Origin: Laetmonice hystrix | Taxonomy: Eukaryota | Assembly: GCA_965235115.1 (NCBI GenBank) | Contig: OZ249439.1 | Coordinates: 20,894,001-20,958,000, forward strand | DNA length: 64,000 bases | Direction: 5' to 3' | Shown here: positions 22,601 to 33,534 of the stretch, piece after piece | How positions within the stretch are numbered: the stretch's first letter is position 1 | Layout: each line of letters begins with the position of its first letter | Position numbers and translations under genes: made by a program | Notes under the pieces: model-generated | Seen by the model: the letters and a program-made list of their open reading frames with translations, nothing else | Databases searched by the model: none | Told to the model about the DNA's origin: nothing

Positions 22601-25065
22601 ACACCTTTGTATCCTAGCGGGGTCATCGAGAATTAAAAACGACGCGCATCTGAACGCAAAAACAAAAAGTTCCTTTTGTAAAAATGATCAAAAACATCGG
22701 AAAAAATCTGAAGGGGGAAGAAAAAAAACTCTTTTTACTTTGACCAATCGGTTCCGCAAACTCTGTAAAATGTGTGCACTTTGGTTTTTACTGGTGAAAC
22801 AGAGTCGTTCCCTGCGATCATGATCATGAACACTGTATCATCTTACCCAATCGTTTCCTTTCTGACAGACAATCTAATGACAAATATTTCTAAATATTTA
22901 CAGGATATGTAGCACACACACATCTCCTTCGCCTCAAAAAACGTATTAATTATCAGCTTTGGTTACATTGATACACTTAACCTTCACATACATTGCCTTT
23001 GGCCAATACGCAATGTTTGCAGGCTTAAAAATGACTTTCAAATGGACGGCCATCATTTGGCTGTAAATTCCAATGTCCCGACGAGAGGTGGGCCTGTTAA
23101 ACGACCACCTTACCCGACCAAGATGTGTGTCTGTTACTGGTTGGAGGCGCCTCGTCACATCATACTTTGTGTTCCGAGGCGTCTCCAAGAACAAGTCTGC
23201 CACACTCGTCGCTTTCCCCCCGATAACATAATGTCATGCGTCTTGCAGTTTGGAATGTTTGAAACGATGACGAGCGCGTGTATCGACGAGTTCCCGATCC
23301 TGCGCAACAAGAAACTTCTGGTGACGGCTGCGCTCTGCGTGCTCGAGTTCATCCTCGGCATCCCTTGCATTACCAAGGTAACTATTTCACATGCCGGCAG
23401 TCAGCAGTTTGCAGATTTGTCAAGTTGCCTCCCTCAACGTATTTAATTTTAGGCGAAACTCGCAATTTTAAAAGCGGAAGTTTACATCTGACTAAGTATT
23501 ATAGAGGACGGAATGCCAACACTTTTTACTGCTTCGTGCTGAAAGACGTACCGCAGTGTGTTGAGCTGATGAAAGTATTTTTAGGTTATAAACTTCAAGT
23601 ATACTTTTTTACTAAGCATACATTCTGACGATAATTTTCAACCTTTAGGGTGGAATCTACTTCCTACAAATCATGGACTGGTATAGCTCAACGTTTTCGC
23701 TCATGATCCTGTCCTGTACGGAGTGTCTGGTTCTCTGCTGGATCTACGGTACGTTTCTCAACTTCACCGTAACCTGGAAAAGTCCGGGCGACCTGATGTA
23801 ACTTTAAATCTCTTGTAATAATAAAATTATTCCAGAGTGTTCAATCTATAACTCGACTTGATATCGAGCAGCGAGTATCCTTGACAAGATGATACGAGTT
23901 AATGGCCAGGTTTGTGTCTGAAGGCCTATATAGTGACGGCTGACCTGGGATTGTTGTAGGTGCTGAACGTCTCTACAAGGACATCGAGTTGATGATCGGT
24001 TACCGGCCGTGTATATGGTGGAAGATCTGCTGGTGTTTCATCACTCCTATCCTCATTGTCGTACGTATTTTGGTATACACGCGAAGGCTACACTGTAAAA
24101 AACGGCTGCGTATTTTTACAGTTAATTTCACTGGCTTCCCAGCTGCCAGTTGTAATAACTGAATCAAACAGGCAAAATACGTAAATTTGACAGAAACATT
24201 TGTAATTTTATGGCATTTTTATTTGTAAATGTAAAGATTACTGCATTATTTTACAGGTAACTCTATTGTAAAATAAATTTACACCAAATAAATCTGTAAA
24301 TGTTGTCTGTTATTCTAGGAATTTTTTTTACAGTATATGAATACAGTGCGATTCTTTTAATCAGCCGCTCTGTGAAGTAGAAGTGTGTGATAAATAACGA
24401 CATCCTTTCGTTTTGTTTCAGATCCTTCTCTTGTTCAGCTTCATTATGCATTCCCCTGTGACGTACGGGACATATACGTACCCAGGCTGGGCCATTGGAC
24501 TGGGCTGGATCTTTGCTCTCTGCTCAATCGTACCACTACCAATCGTCGCCATCGTCAAAATAGCCGGGGAGACTGGATCTTTCGCACAGGTAAGACTTTT
24601 CACGCATTTTGGGTGTAAAGTTGGGCATTTATTCTCTAACAAGGGACTGCTAGCCAAGTGTGTATCTAGAGCATCCAAAAAGTTAGCTTTTTCTAACGGC
24701 ATTTTGATCTATATTCCTTCACCTCAAGGATCGCTTTTCCAAAAATACTTCTTCCACCACGCGGCAGTGGACACCTTTTTAAATGGTGAATTCAATCCTG
24801 CACCTTCAATGTACGGATAAAATGTTTCTCTCTGTGTGTCCAGCGGATCCGAAAGCTGGTGAAGCCGTCGGACGAATGGGGTCCCGCCCTGGAACATCAC
24901 AGGCAGATGTACCTAGCGTCTGTACGGGGACTGGAGGCTGGAGCAGCCTTGGAGGAAGTAACGAGTCTACAACCGGCCGAGACGGTGATGGTACCAATGG
25001 CCAAGGTGATGGAGGAGGAAGACGTGGTTGACCTGCAGGAATCGAACCCTGACAGCAGTGTGTGA
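10429..25065 (+). CDS. SLC6A9-like: SLC6 Na+/Cl- dependent glycine-transporter-like gene, copy A (13 coding exons, 658 aa from ATG 10444)
   Basis: Exons 10429-10618, 10850-10981, 11127-11466, 11643-11775, 12655-12789, 15475-15578, 15966-16090, 16242-16354, 23249-23377, 23649-23748, 23960-24060, 24422-24589, 24844-25065. All are GT-AG and the frame is continuous (1977 nt from 10444). TM1 [14 protein letters not shown]; TM6 [11 protein letters not shown] carries the GlyT-type Trp. Orthology to SLC6A9 versus SLC6A5 cannot be settled without a tree. Confidence 0.95.
10850..10981 (+). CDS. SLC6 copy A exon (TM2, 132 nt)
   Basis: [28 protein letters not shown]...PLFK. Confidence 0.95.
11127..11466 (+). 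CDS. SLC6 copy A exon (TM3, EL2, 340 nt)
   Basis: [21 protein letters not shown]...[15 protein letters not shown]...PSEEYW. Confidence 0.95.
11643..11775 (+). CDS. SLC6 copy A exon (TM4, 133 nt)
   Basis: [14 protein letters not shown]...[12 protein letters not shown]|gtaagt. Confidence 0.93.
11764..12038 (+). repeat. 54-bp tandem repeat, 5 copies, spanning an exon/intron junction
   Basis: Unit tcatcaggcagggtaagtcggagttagattacctcctggtgagaaatatt(t/c)aag starting at 11764, 11818, 11872, 11926, 11980. Confidence 0.97.
12655..12789 (+). CDS. SLC6 copy A exon (TM5, 135 nt)
   Basis: [26 protein letters not shown]...KWEKLLEIR. Confidence 0.95.
15475..15578 (+). CDS. SLC6 copy A exon (TM6, 104 nt)
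   Basis: [34 protein letters not shown]. Confidence 0.95.
15966..16090 (+). CDS. SLC6 copy A exon (TM7, 125 nt)
   Basis: [41 protein letters not shown] (missing from the ORF track). Confidence 0.95.
16242..16354 (+). CDS. SLC6 copy A exon (EL4/TM8, 113 nt)
   Basis: [38 protein letters not shown]. Confidence 0.95.
23249..23377 (+). CDS. SLC6 copy A exon (TM8-9, 129 nt)
   Basis: [16 protein letters not shown]...LGIPCITK. Confidence 0.95.
23649..23748 (+). CDS. SLC6 copy A exon (TM10, 100 nt)
   Basis: [33 protein letters not shown]. Confidence 0.95.
23960..24060 (+). CDS. SLC6 copy A exon (TM11, 101 nt)
   Basis: [34 protein letters not shown]. Confidence 0.95.
24091..24335. mobile_element. 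Non-autonomous DNA transposon (MITE) with CACTG-type termini
   Basis: Left end CACTGTAAAAAA, right end TTTTTTACAGTA (one terminal mismatch), flanked by TA on both sides. Many internal tgtaaa/tttaca subterminal motifs. Fills most of a 361-bp intron. Confidence 0.6.
24422..24589 (+). CDS. SLC6 copy A exon (TM11-12, 168 nt)
   Basis: [29 protein letters not shown]...SFAQ. Confidence 0.95.
24844..25065 (+). CDS. SLC6 copy A terminal coding exon
   Basis: [20 protein letters not shown]...NPDSSV-stop. Confidence 0.92.
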   Translation, partial: RIRKLVKPSDEWGPALEHHRQMYLASVRGLEAGAALEEVTSLQPAETVMVPMAKVMEEEDVVDLQESNPDSSV

Positions 25066-25686
25066 GGGGAAGCTGGCCCAAGGCTGGCCTGCCTGCAGGT
25101 CGGAAGAGTGTTGCTGTTGCGACCGGTAGCAGCGGCTGGGGCTGCGGCGGCGACCGCCCCGGGCCCTGTCCACGTGGGGGCAAGGTCATCTAGTGTCCTC
25201 CGAGCTGGACGCATCCTGTAATCTCTATACATGAAGCACTGTGCAGATTGCACGCACGGAATGGGTATACGTACTAAAGAGACGGATGTATAGAGTTTTA
25301 CACAAAGAACATGGGCGTGGTGTTATGTATGTATCATTATCTGTGAGTATTATGTACGATACATATGATGCCATGAACGATGACTCCAAAGATTAGCCTC
25401 TATGATGGCAATGAAGTTGGAAGGGCGGTTATGTATAGTTATTCAATGTCAACGATTTATATCATGGCTCCTGGAAACTGGAACGAACCGGGTGGTTGTA
25501 CGTAGGACGTACTACGGTACTGAATGCAAAGAGGGTGTATGGACAGTACATGCCTGGAGGTATAGCAATGGATAAAAGCAAGACCTCGGCGGGGTACGCA
25601 AGTTTAGCAGGCTTCCTACGCACATGCGCACTTGGGAGTTCCTGGAGTTTGCTGCTGGTATCGACGTCCTTTCTCTGACTACGTCA

Positions 25687-25777
25687 GCTACGTCACCCAA
25701 CTATTCCAAAACGTGCTACGTCACCCAAGTATTCCTAACGTGTTACGCTAGCTACGTCACACAACTGTTCCAAACGT
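25687..25777. repeat. Three ~28-bp imperfect direct repeats in the presumed 3' UTR of copy A
   Basis: gctacgtcac(c/a)caa(c/g)t(a/g)ttcc..aacgt at 25687, 25715, 25751. Confidence 0.75.
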
Positions 25778-28700
25778 GCCCGCCAGGCGCACGCCGACAT
25801 TATTATGTACAATATACATGTCCCATACGTAGAATGTGGGTCTGTGAAGTACGTATTTAACATCACGGTAAAAAAGTCCAACCATACCATATTTTGTGAG
25901 TCTCATTCATTCGTTATATCAAACCGAATGTTTTTTTTCATTGTTTACCTTATTAAACATATCAATGTGTCTTGCCATTAAAATATATTATTGACCTACA
26001 TGCGGGAGAAAAGCAGTGTATTTTCTTTGCATTCTCATAGAAAACGTCCAAGTATTATTATTTTTGTTTGGAGCCCAGATCTAACCAATTTGAAATTTAC
26101 CATAGATGCAGGATCTTTAATCAAACGTCAAAAGTTAGCTCTATTGTAAACGAAAAAGCTTTATCTACTAATTGTTGAAACTGTTATTCTACGTGCATTG
26201 TGTATACCGGGCCAGGTGGCCATAAATCGAACTGCATGGCTTCCCGAACTTTGCAGCATTATTTATGTTAAAATGGTACGTGGTAAGATGTGCGAGTCTG
26301 TCAAGGTGGTTTTATTAGTAGCTCACGTGATTGTTCAGAAAGAAAACATCCGACCTTGCTATGCCAATGGTTTCGTAAATGTGCTCAGTTATAAATGCAA
26401 AGCTATTTATTCTTAAGCTTAGCAATTCTTTTATTTATATTCATTCTTAGGAATTCTAAATATTTTGCTATTTCATTAGGTGCATCTTATAATATCATCT
26501 CTGGCAGCAATCCAGAGGCCAGAGTAGAGCCACTTTTGATCATGAGTCGTCCACATGCTTCGCTTCCTTTAATGGCATGGTCATGAACGTAGGGCCTGCT
26601 GCCACCTGACGGCGAATTAGCGAACCAGGAATGCAGGGTGAGTGAAGGAACCTCCAGGTGCCACCCTGGTGCCGCCGCGGGTGCCTTACCATAACTCCGT
26701 CATTGGTTGAAGATCTCACTGCGACGGACAAACCGACCGCTGATTTCATGGAAGAGTAAAGGGTTCGAATTTGAGAAAAATAAACCGGTGATTTCTATGA
26801 CTGATGAGGAGCCGGTTTTTATGCATAGCTATAGTCATGTTCCATTAATTTTAACATGAAAACTCTGTTGATCAATAATATTTTTGTTACAAAGAAATTT
26901 GATTGATTCGTCATGCCTATACTGTCTAGTTGAAGTGGAATTCTACTGTAGGTAGCCGTACTTGTGTACTCACTCATGAGATTAGAAGAATTCGTCACGC
27001 AGTTTCGTTATCTTCGTAGGCCTAACCGCTCCTTTACTAAACTTTACGAGTATTGACATACTAACATCTTAAAGGGACCTACGAGGTGGTTTTAAGGTCA
27101 GTTCAGTACACTTGTATTTGTTTGTATGTTTGTTGATTTGCTAACCGAAGGAAGAAACAAATATTTTAGTTGAACATCTAGTGCTCAGATAAAAACTGTG
27201 ATCAGTGGTATGAGCATATCGTGGCAGCCTTATGTACAATTCGCTTCTAGATTATGTATATTATGGATTTGTCTCACACTGAACATGTGCCATAATTAAG
27301 AAGCCTTTCTAGGCTTTTATGTAGATCTGTAATGTACATAGTGTAATCGTTGTCCAGAAAATAGTACAATGTAGTTCCTACTTTATGTAAAATACATTTT
27401 CTTGTTTAAAAAAATAGTGCTCTGGTGTTAAAATTTCTCAAATCTTTGAAACAAGGTCTACATCATGTATACCGGTGTTTGTATTATTGAATCAAAATTC
27501 AATAACGACGACAAAATCACCAAAATAATCCTGTTTTACTGAAGTCTTTGAGTAAAGGGCAAAAAGGAAGCCAAGGAAGAAAAGCGTTGCGAAAGGGAAG
27601 GTTTTCAATTTGAAGTAGCACTGAAATACCTCTGTCTGAAGGGAACCATTTCAAATGTCGTCACGCAAACTTATTTCTTTGCTGTCGCTTATCTTTAGGC
27701 GTACGCAGACGACGATCGTGTGCCTGTCATAGAGTTAGACATTTCAAAAATACGGTATCAACTGATATTGTTTGTTAAGGGTCCTGTACATATTATCTGT
27801 TAAAAAACTATAGACGAAGTATCTAGAGGCGAAAAGCTGGTGAAACAATTAAAAACATGTGGAATATGTTGGCAGTCTCGCTTGGATTGTGTCTATGACT
27901 GGAGTGGACTTGTTTTGATCGGCATATAAATGTGTGCAATGTTTATCGTAGTCTGAGATAACGAAAAGGTCATCACTTGATAATTAATCATGACAGGAGC
28001 AGATAAGTGTATTCCGATTATGATATGTTTTGACATTTTGTATATTCTCCTATCTACTAAGTGCATCTGGTGCAGGTGGCCAGGAACGAGGGGCCTCCAT
28101 GTAAACAAGACGTGTCGATAATTTGACGATATATACCATCGACATCCTTTGTTGTTAGATCTAATTGCACTAAACGCAACGTTTTTACACGACGGTAGTA
28201 TTATAAATCAGTGTCAGTAATCATAATATTACACATCTACTGAGTGTTTACAGATACGTCATTAACCCAATTCTCTAGTTGGAAATTTCCAGTGGGACAC
28301 GCTGTATACTGAGGTCACAGCCACACCAAATTACACCCAGGACGTTGTACCAATTTCATTATAGTAGGCCCGTGCTGAGGCCAACAGACACCTGCAAGTA
28401 TTTATGATAGCTTTAATATTAATGACACTAGGTAATCAAGAACAATTAAACCTGAGAGATATTTTCTTTGTCAAGGCCCTTTCGTTGGTTTCTATAAGTT
28501 ATCATATTGATGCCTTCCATGTCTGGCAATTTATAAAATTATCTACATATGAGTTTGTGAAGCCCAATGTATGGAACCTTGATAGACCTAGATATACTAC
28601 ATTTGTAAAGGCCAGAATGCGTGCTGTCAAATAGAGTTTACAGAGTTATATTACATCAGACTCATGCTTACAGAATAATAAGATTAATTTAACTGATCTG

Positions 28701-29864
28701 TATATCCGTTCACTATTATAAAGAGATCTGTAGACTTGTCTACCAACTCTAACTACTTGTTGAATGGGACCAACGGTTACTTGATGGGTGCCTACACTTG
28801 ACCACCAATATTGTCTGTGCAATGCTAACATAAACTTATCCATGCAGGAAAATGAAACCGTTAAAAAATATCTATAACACACCGAGGTTTATGCCTCAAT
28901 GCCTATGTGACTGCATTTGATTTATTGATTTACAACACGTGTCCGATCTATGATTTGTAAATATTATGATTTACTTTAAATTTACACTGCAATTGTCAAA
29001 TGTAAATGTCAGACGTGCATACAGATAAATGCATTTGTATCAGTTTAGTGTTAGATTGCTTCAGCGTGCACTACAAGATGTATTTGGATGTATCAAGTAG
29101 CCCCCGTAGGCCTACATGTGAAAGTGTGCAAACAAAAAGTCGTTGGCCGAGAAGCAATATATTTAGACAATAAAGGGCCATTAAATATATGTTTATTGCT
29201 GTTTTTGTCATGGCCAAATAATAATTTTATTTGCCAAGAACTGGAATCCAGAATCTAAAAAAGAGGGATGATAGTTTAGCTAGGAGGGAATGTTGATTGG
29301 CCTCCAGTTTTCCTACATGGTTTAAATGCGGTTTGATGTCGGTAAGGTCTGAACAGCTGTCCTCGCGATATGTGTTGACCCAGGAGAACCAGACGTTTTT
29401 ATTTATATACCACATGTACCCTTTACCCTAACCGGAAACCTTCAACCCGCGCCGGTCGCTCCATCCATGCACCGGGTACGCGCATTCCTCACTGCCATCA
29501 CACCCTCCCACGACCTCAACGGGGGCAAACCTTCTAAACCGACAACTGGCGCTGGAGAACATCTCAAACACAAGGTTCTACACTCTGGTGGAGTTTGATA
29601 ATGTAATTGATGATCCTTATCAGTCCTCGCCGTTCTGCTGTACATGAATATCAGCTGGTTGATTATCCTGAGTGAAGCTATATGTATAACTATAGGCCAA
29701 TATAGAGGAAAAAGTGAAGGTAGAATTTGGGTAAGACTATCCTAAAGATCAGTGGTGAATAGATCGAAGGGCTCGGGGGTTCTCGGGCCAGGCTTTGGGG
29801 TTGCAGCTGAGGTCAGTAGACCAGCAAGGTATATAGGCCGCTTATAAATATATAAATATGAGAA

Positions 29865-30914
29865 ATCCGGTGAGAGGTAAAGGCGTGTATAAATTAGTAT
29901 CCGGCGAGAGGTAAAGGCGTGTATAAATTAGTATCCGGTGAGAGGTAAAGGCGTGTACATGTATTAGTATCCGCGGTGAGGGCTAAAGGCGTGTATCCGG
30001 TGAGATGTAAAGGCGTGTATTAGTATCCGGCGAGAGGTAAAGGCGTGTACATGTATTAGTATCCGCGATGAGGGCTAAAGGCGTGTATCCGGTGAGATGT
30101 AAAGGCGTGTATTAGTATCCGGCGAGAGGTAAAGGCGTGTATTAGTATCCGGTGAGAGGTAAAGGCGTGTATTAGTAGATCTATATCCGCGGTGAGAGGT
30201 AAAGGCGTGTATTAGTATCCGGCGAGAGGTAAAGGCGTGTATTAGTATAGATCTATCCGCGGTGAGAGGTAAAGGCGTGTTTTAGTATCCGGCGAGAGGT
30301 AAAGGCGTGTATTAGTATCCGGTGAGAGGTAAAGGCGTGTATTAGTAGATCTATATCCGCGGTGAGAGGCGTGTATTAGTATCTGGCGAGAGGTAAAGGC
30401 GTGTATTAGTATCCGTGGAGAGGTAAAGGCGTGTATTAGTATCCGGCGAGAGGTAAAGGCGTGTATTAGTATCCGGCGAGAGGTAAAGGCGTGTATTAGT
30501 ATCCGGCGAGAGATAAAGGCGAGAGATAAAGGCGTGTATTAGTATCCGGCGAGAGGTAAAGGCGTGTATTAGTATCCGGCGAGAGGTAAAGGCGTGTATT
30601 AGTATCCGGCGAGAGGTAAAGGCGTGTATTAGTATCCGGCGAGAGATAAAGGCGTGTTTTAGTATCCGGCGAGAGGTAAAGGCGTGTTTTAGTATCCGGC
30701 GAGAGGTAAAGGCGTGTATTAGTAGATCTATCCGCGGTGAGAGGTAAAGGCGTGTATTAGTATCCGGTGAGAGGTAAAGGCGTGTATTAGTATCCGGCGA
30801 GAGGTAAAGGCGTGTATTAGTATCCGGCGAGAGGTAAAGGCGTGTACATGTATTAGTATCCGGCGAGAGGTAAAGGCGTGTATTAGTATCCGGTGAGAAG
30901 TAAAGGCGTGTATT
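29865..30914. repeat. 30-bp minisatellite, about 35 copies
   Basis: Unit tattagtatccggcgagaggtaaaggcgtg, exact 30-bp period at 30421-30480, with interspersed variant units. Confidence 0.98.
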
Positions 30915-33261
30915 AAACCTATACAAGAGAGAGGGTAGAGTCTATATTCTTTTCTTGAACCGGGGGGGGGGGGGGGCAGCATGTGTCTGCCTCGGATACG
31001 CCCTATGAATATGCCTAGGCTACGGCCTATAGCCTATTAGTATAGGGTTAAATTGAACTGTTAATTATTGATGAGAATTTACTGATCCAAAACAAGTACG
31101 GACATAAGTAGACCTACATCTTAAGGCGCCTATGATAATTCGTTAGTAGACAAACAGTTTGTAGCTGTTGTGTGAAACCGGGCCGTATATAGTAGCTATT
31201 CATTCTACATAAAATGGTCACAGTTCAATGGTTTTTACTATTAGCGTTTAAGATATAGGTCCGAAATTCATAATGAGGAGTGCGGCACACATGCGCGAGC
31301 GCGGGTACTGTAACTAACCGGTGGACGGCTCCATTTGGGTCAGGGTGGGACAGCACTATAAGGAGAGACGCTATTTTCGTACATTCTAATAAAACCAGTT
31401 CTTATAATTGTGCAAACTCGAGTGGTCACATTTATGCAACACTGCATCACCCCATCCAGGCTTCTGTCCGAGTAACGCGTGTTTTAAGCGCCACCAGGAG
31501 GCGCGACCACCCCTTTGCACCTGCCTGGAATGCAGTCCCCGACAAAATCGAGGCTGTGTACGCGAACACCCCCTGACGGTCTTTATTAGGTGCATGATAC
31601 CTGATAGCGCAGTCACAGAAGCTTCAGAAATACGTTGGCATCTAGCAAGAGAACATCAACACGATGACGTTTGACACCAAACCTGTAAAGCCGAATGTGA
31701 GTAAAATAGTGTTTCTATTTAATTCTACAACCATTTGGTCACTTGCCTTTACCGGTTCAATGCATGCTAGGTCCCCTCCAACCACATGGTGAATGAGCTC
31801 TCGTCATCATAGCTGTATTCATCCATTCATTGGGGGCTCTGACGCCGGTTTCTGCATCCAAACCGGCCTTCTACATCATGACATGTGTGTGCTAACTAAT
31901 CATTGTGTTGTTTTATAAAACTGTATTAAGCCACAGTAAAAATCAACGTCGGCTATATTCGCGATGAACAAAGATGATGTGAAATTGTTCGCGGAGCGCC
32001 CACATGACATGCGGCTATAAGAGCTGTGAAGAGGTGATGTCCCCGCCAAGGGGAAAATTCCGCGTTCATTTCTTGTGGGGTGTGTGCGGGTGAAATAGGC
32101 GTGGGCGGGAGTGCACGGCTGTGCCCTCTGAGAACCCTGACGGACGGTACCCACCTATCTTAAAAATATTATAGGCCAAATAACTATAGAGATATTACTT
32201 GGAGGAGGATAACATTCCTCAGTAATACGTTTCTCGCGAAGCAGAGGCCGTACTTCGAATATCTTACGAAGCTGAACTGAGGGGGTCAGTCGCTCTCGAC
32301 TTTCCTCCGAAGCCCTCTGGATAAATTGACACTGATTGGTGTCCAGCCTCCCGAGCCTCCCGGTTTCATTGCAGCAGCCTAATAAAAGTAGGTGACCTAT
32401 TTTTCCCACCTAATTACGTGGACTCTTGACAGCACCGAATTTTTATTATCTTTAATAATTTTTGCTATAATAATTCTTGCAGGAGTGCAAAGGTTAAAAT
32501 ATATACATGTAATTGGAAATGTATAAAAGACCTACGTAATATTTTGATCAACAAATTATGAAGTATATACTAATTATTCATTAACCTACCGCCCGTTGTT
32601 TTTCGTGGCTGCTGAGAAAGAAGTAAAATATAGCTTCAAGGACTTAGGTGTCGGTATAGATGTATAAGCTGACACAAATAATTCATTCCAGGGATGAATT
32701 ATATCCTATATAGAATAAACTCAGAAACAAAAGGACTGTTGAAAATAGAAGTCTGCTGGAATATTTAGATAGCTTACTTGAAATTCAGAATGTTTGCAGC
32801 ATGGTAGTATAGGATTAGAGGTGTTATAAACCATTTGGGTCATATAAGTAAGTGGTGCTACAATGTACACCTTCCAGGTAGACCAGCTTTAGTGTCAAGT
32901 GTTTGCTTAGCTTTCTTTGTATGCATCATGGAAGCTTTGTTTATGTAAGGTTAAAACACTTCAAAACGGTCGCAGAATTGAGCACATAAACTCTTTCTAC
33001 CTCAAGTATACCTAAAGTTTGAATATACAGGCTCTGGATACAGGTAATTACGTCAGTCTGAATGTAACAGGCTAAATTGAATTTGGCAACCAGTAAACAT
33101 GATACTCATAAAAACAGCATTTATTGGAAACACAACCATGCAGTGGGAATAAAAAATCATTTACCAATACCACTCTTAAGTACCGAACTCCAGTTCTTAT
33201 TATAGGCTAAAAGACCAGAGTCCTTTCCTTTACCGGTAACGCAGGCTACGGCCCTGAACGT

Positions 33262-33534
33262 CCCAAGGAGATGAAATAGGCTAGATACATGTATGTATGG
33301 TAACAAGGAAATGAAATAGGCTAGATACTCTGTATGATAACACCCCAAGGAGATGAATTAGGCTAGATACATCTGTGTATGGTAACGCCCCAAGGAGATG
33401 AATTAGGCTAGATACATCTGTGTATGGTAACGCCCCAAGGAGATGAATTAGACTAGATACATCTGTGTATGGTAACGCCCCAACGAGATGAATTAGGCTA
33501 GATACTAGGTGTATGGTAATGTTCCAAAGGGATG
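33262..33534. repeat. 45-bp minisatellite, about 6 copies
   Basis: Unit cccaaggagatgaattaggctagatacatctgtgtatggtaacgc. Confidence 0.95.

Noticed and set aside
30351-30982. 191-aa and 84-aa ORFs
   Set aside because: Products of the 30-bp (10-codon) minisatellite; no splice or domain support.
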